Assembly (NCBI GenBank): GCA_051251855.1
Contig: JBPOGI010000002.1
Span: 288,001 to 352,000 of the forward strand
Origin: Roseibacillus sp.
GTDB lineage: Bacteria; Verrucomicrobiota; Verrucomicrobiia; Verrucomicrobiales; Akkermansiaceae
DNA length: 64,000 bases
Reading direction: 5' to 3'
Of the stretch, positions 57,353-64,000 are shown in pieces. Both the position numbers and the translations under genes were made by a program. Within the stretch, counting starts at the first letter, position 1. Each line of letters opens with the position of its first letter. A model generated the notes under the pieces. That model was not told the DNA's origin, made no database searches, and saw only the letters and a list, made by a program, of their open reading frames with translations.

Positions 57353-57969
57353 GAGCCGGAGGTCGCGTCTTGTGCTTCCATTTTTGAGCGGAGTTTTTTC
57401 TCCGAGCTTTGGTCCCAGAAGCCACTATCGAGTTCGATAAAGATGGAGGAATAGGGGAGGGCGGTCTTGGTTTTGATGACTAAGACGGCAAAGGTTTTGG
57501 AGTCGTCTTCGAGTACGACGGAAAGGTAACGGTATTGGAAGTCGCGAATCTCATGGCCGCGAAGGGCTTGGGTGATATTGGCGCGATAGGTGTCGATTCC
57601 TGGCGCGGCGTCGTTCTCGACAAAACCGAGTTCGCGCGTGCGGTAGAACACGGGGGTGACATGTTGCTGACTCTCGAGGACGTCGATCACTCCGCTGAGG
57701 ACTTCAGGGATTTCTTTGTCCACAAGGAGGGTGCGCACTCCGCGGCGGGTATGAAGGGGAAAGGATTCGTCGGCGATGACAATCCAATTGCGGTTGCCAA
57801 GGGCTCGGACTTCGCGAACGAGACCGGGGTCCAGTTCTTCGTATTGTTCACCCTGTTTCTTCCCCAATACGCCGCAACCTGACAAAAAAAGGGAGGTTAG
57901 AAGGATGGTGATGGAGAGAAGGGAGCGCACGTCAAGAGGGGATAGTAGGAGGGGATGCTCGAAAGTCAA
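57349..57969 (-). CDS. RbsD/FucU-like lipoprotein
   Basis: LSGC lipobox; NWIVIADESFP, IKT..PYSSIFIEL. Start uncertain. Confidence 0.7.
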   Translation of the reverse strand: MTFEHPLLLSPLDVRSLLSITILLTSLFLSGCGVLGKKQGEQYEELDPGLVREVRALGNRNWIVIADESFPLHTRRGVRTLLVDKEIPEVLSGVIDVLESQQHVTPVFYRTRELGFVENDAAPGIDTYRANITQALRGHEIRDFQYRYLSVVLEDDSKTFAVLVIKTKTALPYSSIFIELDSGFWDQSSEKKLRSKMEAQDATSGS

Positions 57970-58021
57970 TTCGTGTAAATGCCTTTCATCTTTCAGAAAG
58001 CCTAAGAATCAGTTGTCTAGG

Positions 58022-59548
58022 TTACATCATTTGGGCGCCGGCTTCGGCGAGGGGGCTTCGTTCGCCTCGGCTGAGGGAGACGTGAGCAACGAAAGGTTGG
58101 CCTTTGAGGCGTTTACGCGTGTAGACGAGGCCGTTGCTGCGGCTATCTACATAAGGGTTGTCGATTTGGGCGGGGTCGCCCACGAGGACGAGCTTGGAGC
58201 CGCGGGACATCCGAGTGACGATGGTTTTGGCTTCTTGAGGGGTGAGTTGCTGGGCTTCGTCGAGAACGAAGAAGCGATTGGGGATGGAGCGTCCGCGAAT
58301 GTAGGCGAGGGCCTCGACTTCGATAATGCCTTGCTCGATGAGTTGGTCGTATGGCTTGCGGCCGGCCTCGGTGGCGGGTTCGGGTTTACTTTGCTTTCGC
58401 TTGGGGCCTTTGGTGGCGGGGGGGACCATGAGAAGGTCGAGAGCGTCATAAACGGGCTGGAGCCAAGGACGCATTTTTTCCTCGAGGGTGCCGGGGAGAA
58501 AGCCCATCTGTTCGCCCATGGCGACGACGGGGCGGCTGATGGTGAGGCCGTTGTAGTTGCGGGCAAAGACTTCGCTGAGTCCGGCAGCGATGGCGACGAG
58601 GGTTTTTCCGGTTCCGGCTTGGCCGTAGCAGGTGACAAGTGAGATGTCGGGATTAAGAAGGGCGTCGATGAGGCACTTTTGCCCGAGATTGAGCGGCTTG
58701 AGATTGGTTCCGCCGGAGATGCGGATGCTCTCGGGGATGGCGAGGCGAACGAACTCGTTGCGGTCGTTGAGGCGGGCGGGCATGGTCTGCTTGGGGCCGG
58801 CTTCGAGAAGGACGTATTCGTTGGTGGCTACGAAATCGATTACTTCGGGGAGTTCCACGCTGCCGGAGCTGGCGAAGCGTTGCAGGTCGTTGGGGTCGAT
58901 TTCGATGCGGCGCAGGTCGTAGTTGGAGACTTCCTGAGGGTCGACCTTGTCGTTGAGGTAGTCATCGCACTCGATGCCTACGGCCTTGGCCTTCAATTGC
59001 ATGTTGAGGTCCTTGGTGACAACGACGACGGGTGGACTATTGAATTCAGCTACTAACAAGGCGGCGGCTAAAATACGGTGGTCAGCGCGACTGCGGTCGG
59101 GAAAGACGCGGAAGAATTGTTGCATTCTCTCGGTTGTTTTCCCGCAGAGGTTAGGGTCAAAAACAACGAGGCGAATGGAGCCTCCCCCAGTGGTGGGGAC
59201 GCCGGTGGTGGGGCTTTGTCCGTTGGAGAAAAGGGCAGTGAGGTCGCGATGAACCTGACGGGCGTTGGCTCCGCGCTCGCTTTGCTCGTTCTTAAATCGG
59301 TCGAGTTCGGAGAGCACGTCGGCTGGGAGGCAGACGTGGTTGTCTGCAAAGCGGTCGATGCAGCCGGGGTCGTGCAGCAGGACGTTGGTGTCGAGGACGA
59401 AGTTTTTTCCGTGTTCGGAGGGGGCAACGAATCCGAATTCGCGAGCTTTGGCCTTGGTCAGGCGAGGCGGGTTGGTGCCGGCGGGGAGATTGCTTGTGGG
59501 CGAGGCTTCATCAAGGAGTTGGATCTGCGATCCGTCAGCGGTCTGCAT
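58022..59548 (-). CDS. PIN-PhoH fusion (PhoH2-like RNase/ATPase)
   Basis: FVLDTNVLLHDP, TKDLN (PIN); GQAGTGKT, ISRP, RGRS, DEAQ, GDPAQID (PhoH). Confidence 0.93.
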   Translation of the reverse strand: MQTADGSQIQLLDEASPTSNLPAGTNPPRLTKAKAREFGFVAPSEHGKNFVLDTNVLLHDPGCIDRFADNHVCLPADVLSELDRFKNEQSERGANARQVHRDLTALFSNGQSPTTGVPTTGGGSIRLVVFDPNLCGKTTERMQQFFRVFPDRSRADHRILAAALLVAEFNSPPVVVVTKDLNMQLKAKAVGIECDDYLNDKVDPQEVSNYDLRRIEIDPNDLQRFASSGSVELPEVIDFVATNEYVLLEAGPKQTMPARLNDRNEFVRLAIPESIRISGGTNLKPLNLGQKCLIDALLNPDISLVTCYGQAGTGKTLVAIAAGLSEVFARNYNGLTISRPVVAMGEQMGFLPGTLEEKMRPWLQPVYDALDLLMVPPATKGPKRKQSKPEPATEAGRKPYDQLIEQGIIEVEALAYIRGRSIPNRFFVLDEAQQLTPQEAKTIVTRMSRGSKLVLVGDPAQIDNPYVDSRSNGLVYTRKRLKGQPFVAHVSLSRGERSPLAEAGAQMM

Positions 59549-59614
59549 AAGTGGTTTTTCCGAACAAGGGTGAAAGTGTAGGACTTAAAAAAAGCGCACA
59601 CGCAGGAACCCGCT

Positions 59615-59630
59615 AGCAAGGGAAGTGCCA
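59615..59630 (-). promoter_or_regulatory. Sigma-54 (-24/-12) promoter upstream of PIN-PhoH
   Basis: TGGCAC-ttccc-TTGCT, an exact TGGCAC-N5-TTGCW match 66 nt upstream of the ATG. Confidence 0.75.
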
Positions 59631-59678
59631 GTTCGAGTTGCTGCGACATACTTCTTAAAATTTTAGAGACCTCTATAG

Positions 59679-60752
59679 TTAGACTGAGCCTTGAGTATCA
59701 GGCAATAAGGAATCTTGTTCATTCGTGACTTGTTCTGAGAGTGTGCGGTAATCGACTTTGCCTAAGGGAGTCAGCGGCCATTGTGGAATGAAGGTGGGAG
59801 AGAGGCAGCGGGAGAAGGCGGGCAGCGTCTGGTTCCAGTCGGAGATGATATCGGAGAGGCTGTTGTCGGGAGGGCCTTCGATGACGGGTATTAAGGAAAA
59901 GTTGCGGCGGAGATCGGGAAAGGGGAGAACGGTTGAGCGATGGTTTGGAAGTGTTGAGGCAAGGCTTTTTCGCAGTTGGGCAAGGTCGACGAGTTCTCCG
60001 AGGATTTTGATTTGGTCGTCGCTACGGCCTCGAATAGTGAGGGTGTGAGCAGAGACTTTGGCAAGATCTTGGGTCGTGAACGGGGGGAGTGTTTTTTTGA
60101 GCCCGTCTGCATTGAGGTAGCCTTGGAAGAGGCCGGGGCTGGTGATGGTGAGGAGGCCTTGCTCGTTTGTTTGGAGATCCCATCCGGGAAGGGAATTAAG
60201 GTCCTTTTTTCCGATTTCAGAGGCCGCGACGAGACCTGCGGTTTCGGTCATGCCGTAGCTAGCGACGAGAGGCCAGCCGAGAGCGACAGCTTTTTCGAAA
60301 AGAGAGTCTGCGAGGTTTTCGCCGCCAATGAGGGCGAGGCGGAGTGCTGGAGGCGCATTTTTGCGAAGCGAGACGAGGTCGAAGATTTGGGTGGGGACGA
60401 GAGAGGTGATGGTGGCCTGAGATTCGATGAGCCATTGATGGAAGGCTTGGGCATTCCATTTCTCTTGGAAACGGGCGAGGTCTCCTCCGGCAAGTTTGGC
60501 ACGGTGGGTAAGGCAGTAGCCGCCGACATGGAAGTGGGGGAGGGCGAGGCCCCAGATGTCTTTGGATGTGCAGTCGAAGTGCTTGTTGACCGTTTCGGCG
60601 CACCAATCGAGGCCTTCTTGGGAGTGGAGCACCCACTTGGGCTCGCTGGTGGTGCCGCTGGTAGCAAAGAGGGAGCCATCGAGTTGGGGATGGGCTTGCG
60701 CGAGCTCTTGGGCGATCTCCGTAAGATGAGGAGGGGTGAAAAAGCGCGCCAT
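59679..60752 (-). CDS. menE: AMP-binding enzyme, o-succinylbenzoate-CoA ligase-like
   Basis: TSGTTSEPK, LPHFHVGG, SLVPTQ, SYGMTET, GRSDD, terminal GK. Short MenE-like length; other men genes not in window. Confidence 0.7.
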   Translation of the reverse strand: MARFFTPPHLTEIAQELAQAHPQLDGSLFATSGTTSEPKWVLHSQEGLDWCAETVNKHFDCTSKDIWGLALPHFHVGGYCLTHRAKLAGGDLARFQEKWNAQAFHQWLIESQATITSLVPTQIFDLVSLRKNAPPALRLALIGGENLADSLFEKAVALGWPLVASYGMTETAGLVAASEIGKKDLNSLPGWDLQTNEQGLLTITSPGLFQGYLNADGLKKTLPPFTTQDLAKVSAHTLTIRGRSDDQIKILGELVDLAQLRKSLASTLPNHRSTVLPFPDLRRNFSLIPVIEGPPDNSLSDIISDWNQTLPAFSRCLSPTFIPQWPLTPLGKVDYRTLSEQVTNEQDSLLPDTQGSV

Positions 60753-60841
60753 GCCTTGAGTCTGGCTCTCTTCGAGTATTTTGGCAAGGGGGAGACGATG
60801 GGGAGAAAGGGCAAGGAAAGGCGTTGCGGGTTTTGGTCAAG

Positions 60842-61867
60842 ATGTCCAAGCTGACGGGGATGGCCCCTGGGGAAATGACGGAAGAGTTCAAAGAGTCGGC
60901 GTGCCGTGCGGCGCGGGCGATGATTACGGCTCGGATTCTGGAGGATAAGCTGCGCAGTCTCTATAAGGCAGGGCAGATTGTGGGGGGAGTTTATTTAGGG
61001 CGTGGGCAGGAGGCGCTGAGTGGGGTGTTGGGAACGCAGTTGCAGCAGGGTTCTGATGTCTTTGCGCCACTGATTCGGGATCAGGCGGGTCGGACGGGGT
61101 TTGGTGAGGAAATTTTAGATGTCACGCGAACTTATTTGGGTTCAGTGGAAGGGCCGATGAAGGGGCGGGATGGCAATATTCACCGAGGTCGACCCGAGAT
61201 GGGGATGCCGGCGATGATCAGTCATCTTGGTTCGGCGGTGTCGGTGGTGACCGGGATGCTTTTGGCTCGGCGATTACAGGGGAAGTTAGAAGGAGTGGTG
61301 GGCGCGACTTGTATTGGTGATGGCGGGACTTCGACAGGGGCTTTTCATGAGGGATTGAATTTGGCAGCGGTGGAGAAGCTCCCGTTGGTGGTCTTGGTGG
61401 CGAACAATCAGTATGCTTACTCGACGCCAAATACGCGGCAGTTTTGTGGCGACCTTTTTGCGCGAGCAGAAGGTTACGGCATCCAAGGTTGGAAGGCGCG
61501 GGGGAATAGTCTGTTAGATTGTTTAGTGCAGGTGGGAGGCGCAGTGGCGGCGGCTCGGAAAGGCGGAGGTCCTCAGATGGTGGTGGCTGATTTGTTGCGG
61601 TTGAGCGGTCACGGAGAGCATGATGATGGAGCCTACGTGGAGGACGCTTTGAAGGCTGGAGAGTTGGGGCGTGATTGCATGGAGGTGGCGAAGGAAGAAT
61701 TGTTAGAGGCTGGTCTGATTGATGAGGTGACTTGGAATGGATGGGAAGAGCAGGCTCGTGAGGAAGTGACGGCGGCGGTGGCGCAGACGCAACGCGAGTC
61801 GGCTCCGGATTCGCGAAAAGAGAATTGGCGTGCGATGAAGGATTTGGCTCCGGAGGGAACATTTTAA
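60842..61867 (+). CDS. 2-oxoacid dehydrogenase E1 alpha subunit (TPP-dependent)
   Basis: GQEA, GDG...NNQYAYST TPP motif, RLSGHGEHDD. Confidence 0.92.
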   Translation: MSKLTGMAPGEMTEEFKESACRAARAMITARILEDKLRSLYKAGQIVGGVYLGRGQEALSGVLGTQLQQGSDVFAPLIRDQAGRTGFGEEILDVTRTYLGSVEGPMKGRDGNIHRGRPEMGMPAMISHLGSAVSVVTGMLLARRLQGKLEGVVGATCIGDGGTSTGAFHEGLNLAAVEKLPLVVLVANNQYAYSTPNTRQFCGDLFARAEGYGIQGWKARGNSLLDCLVQVGGAVAAARKGGGPQMVVADLLRLSGHGEHDDGAYVEDALKAGELGRDCMEVAKEELLEAGLIDEVTWNGWEEQAREEVTAAVAQTQRESAPDSRKENWRAMKDLAPEGTF

Positions 61868-61876
61868 GAGGGAGAG

Positions 61877-62845
61877 ATGGGAGAAGTTACTTATATCGAT
61901 GCCATTCGGGATGCTCAGCGCGATTTGATGCGCGAGGATGATCGGGTGTTTATTTATGGTCAGGACGTGGGTTCTTTTGGAGGAGCCTTCAAGGCGACTC
62001 AGGGGTTGAAGGTGGAGTTTCCAGAAAGGGTATTAGATACGCCGATTAGTGAGGATGCCATGGTGGGGGCGGCGATTGGGGCGGCGATTGAAGGGATGCG
62101 ACCGATTGTGGAGATGCAGTTCGCGGACTTTTCCTCGATTGCTTTCAATCAAGTGGTCAATCATGCCGCGACTTATTTTTGGCGGACGGGGACTTCGATC
62201 CCGATCACGCTGCGCTTGCCTTCGGGTGGGACTCCGGGTTCGGGGCCTTTTCACAGTCAAATGATGGAGGCGCTCTACTCGCACTATCCGGGTATGATGG
62301 TGGTGGCTCCGGCGACGGTGGGGGATGCCTACCACATGCTCAAGCAGTCGGTGGCGTTCGACGATCCGGTCATCTATTGCGAGCACAAGTTTCTGTATCG
62401 CTGGCTCAAGGCTGATAGCTATGAGTCGGATGGCCTGCCCTTAAATCAAGCGCGTATCACTCGAGCGGGCAAGCATGCCACGGTGGTAACTTATGCGGCT
62501 ATGGTTCATGAAGCGGTGAAGGCTGCTGAGGAGTTAGCCAAGGATGGCTGGGAGATCGAGGTAGTGGACCTTCGTTGTGTGAAACCCATCGATACCGATA
62601 CCATCATGGCGAGTGTGGCTCGGACGGGACGACTTTTAGCGTTGGGAGAGGCATTTCCTTGGGGAGGCGTGACTGCGGAAGTGGTTTCGCGAGTGGTGGC
62701 GGAAGGTTTTCATTTGTTAGATGCTCCACCGGCCCGTCTTAATGCGAAGGATACTCCGATTCCTTATCATCCCAATCTCTGGCGTGCTCATCGGCCGACT
62801 CCGGAAACGATTATCGACGCTTTACGTAAACTCTTAAACTTCTAA
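61877..62845 (+). CDS. 2-oxoacid dehydrogenase E1 beta subunit
   Basis: GQDVG..GG.F, DTPISE, EMQFADF, GPFHSQ, EHKFLY, VVDLR. Confidence 0.95.
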   Translation: MGEVTYIDAIRDAQRDLMREDDRVFIYGQDVGSFGGAFKATQGLKVEFPERVLDTPISEDAMVGAAIGAAIEGMRPIVEMQFADFSSIAFNQVVNHAATYFWRTGTSIPITLRLPSGGTPGSGPFHSQMMEALYSHYPGMMVVAPATVGDAYHMLKQSVAFDDPVIYCEHKFLYRWLKADSYESDGLPLNQARITRAGKHATVVTYAAMVHEAVKAAEELAKDGWEIEVVDLRCVKPIDTDTIMASVARTGRLLALGEAFPWGGVTAEVVSRVVAEGFHLLDAPPARLNAKDTPIPYHPNLWRAHRPTPETIIDALRKLLNF

Positions 62846-62851
62846 ATAACG

Positions 62852-64000
62852 ATGCCTCTAGTAGCTGTTACCATGCCCCAACTGGGCGAGTCTATTGCCG
62901 AAGCCACTGTCATTCGGCTCGATGTTGAGCTCGGGAGTGAGGTCGTTGCGGACCAAGAAGTGATCGAAGTGGAGACCAACAAGGCGACGATGGGAGTGAC
63001 GACTCTTTGTGGCGGAGTGGTGAAGGAGCTTTTTGCGGAAGAGGGCGAGACCTATGCAGTGGGGACGATACTTGGGCTCTTGGAGGTGACTGAAGAAGAG
63101 GTCGAGCGCACGGGTGTGACGGTGCATGGAGGCGACGAGGCGGAAGTGGAACCGCTAGCCGAGGAGGTGAATCGGCCGCATGACTACCGTCCTGGTGAGG
63201 AGGAAGACAGTTATACTCCTCCGAAGGTGGAAGTGGAGCCGAGTGTGCAGGGCTACAAGGTGCCTGCGGGAGGTTTGCAAGGAGCGCATTATATTTCGCC
63301 AAGAATGCGGGCGCGCATGAATGAGCTGGGTTTACAGGGGGCGGATGTTTCCGCGATTGCGGGTAGTGGTGCGGGTGGACGCGTGACGGTGGAGGATCTG
63401 GAGAGCTTTTTGTCCTACATCGAAGGATGGCCGAATACGAAGTCGTCTCCGATGAGGCAGGCGGTGGCGGATGCGATGCGTCGGAGTTGGACGAGACCTC
63501 TGGCGACAGTGGGGATGGCAGCGCCTCTAGAAAAGTTGTTGGCCTACCGCAAGACACTGAACCCAAAGCCGGGATTGACTTTGTTTTTACTTCGAGCGTT
63601 CGGAATTGCGCTCAAGGAGCATCCTGCTACGGCGGGCTTCTTGGTCGGACAAAAGATTGTGCACCCTAAGGCCTACGATATCGGAGTGGCGGTGCAGGTG
63701 GATGGTGGAGTGGTCGTGCCTGTGCTCCGCAATGTGGACGAGAAGAGTGTTGTTGCGCTTTCGGCCGACTACGAGCATGTCGTGACCCAGTCGCGTGACA
63801 AGAAAGTGCCGGAGAGTGCGGTGGGCGGTGGAATCGCTACCGTGACGAATTTCGGAACCTTCGGTTTGAAGTGGGCGACGCCGGTGCCCTTGCCGAGTGA
63901 GACTCTGATTCTTGGAATGGGTTCCGGTGAAAAGCGACCCAAGTGGGACGAAGCTGCTGGGCGGTTTGTTCCGGTGTTAGAGGCTGAGCTGACTCTGACT
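62852..64000 (+). CDS. Dihydrolipoamide acyltransferase E2 (3' end beyond the window)
   Basis: Manual translation from ATG 62852: MPQLGESIAEATV...VETNKA lipoyl domain, SPR...GSGAGGRVT..D E3-binding domain, TVTNFGTFG catalytic domain. Absent from the ORF track because truncated. Confidence 0.92.
   Translation, partial: MPLVAVTMPQLGESIAEATVIRLDVELGSEVVADQEVIEVETNKATMGVTTLCGGVVKELFAEEGETYAVGTILGLLEVTEEEVERTGVTVHGGDEAEVEPLAEEVNRPHDYRPGEEEDSYTPPKVEVEPSVQGYKVPAGGLQGAHYISPRMRARMNELGLQGADVSAIAGSGAGGRVTVEDLESFLSYIEGWPNTKSSPMRQAVADAMRRSWTRPLATVGMAAPLEKLLAYRKTLNPKPGLTLFLLRAFGIALKEHPATAGFLVGQKIVHPKAYDIGVAVQVDGGVVVPVLRNVDEKSVVALSADYEHVVTQSRDKKVPESAVGGGIATVTNFGTFGLKWATPVPLPSETLILGMGSGEKRPKWDEAAGRFVPVLEAELTLT

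Noticed and set aside
62960..62990. Lipoyl motif ETNKA instead of ETDKA
   Set aside because: Lipoyl-lysine retained; minor variant.
62858..63778. Short ORF-track calls over the last 1.1 kb
   Set aside because: Shadows of the edge-truncated E2 gene.

Overview
Core bacterial chromosome segment. Gene content and protein style suggest a Verrucomicrobia (PVC) bacterium, possibly marine; this is inference. About 55 CDSs, with no rRNA, tRNA, CRISPR array or prophage recognised. Housekeeping genes include moaA, rfbB, aspC, cysQ, glycerate kinase, rseP, comM, trpB, ndk, thrS-infC, larB, menE-like and 2-oxoacid dehydrogenase E1a/E1b/E2. They are mixed with secreted sulfatase, PhoD, GH16 and ThuA proteins. 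Two items stand out. (1) A small membrane-anchored ORF missed by the ORF track (34640-34903, minus strand) reads through two in-frame TGA codons, each followed by its own SECIS-like hairpin, so it is a candidate di-selenocysteine protein; it lies between a DoxX gene ending in CxxC and an NRDE gene. (2) A compact three-gene biosynthetic operon encodes an amidase, a 3641-aa FkbH-ACP-KS-AT-ACP-aminotransferase-C-A(Val)-PCP-TE(Cys) hybrid PKS/NRPS and a PPTase, with a perfect 13-bp palindrome upstream. Also seen: a 283-bp CTAG-flanked MITE, REP doublets, a consensus sigma-54 promoter before PIN-PhoH, a probable AUA start and repeat tail in infC, a structured aspC leader and many apparently leaderless starts. 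All calls come from reading motifs by eye; no database searches were run.
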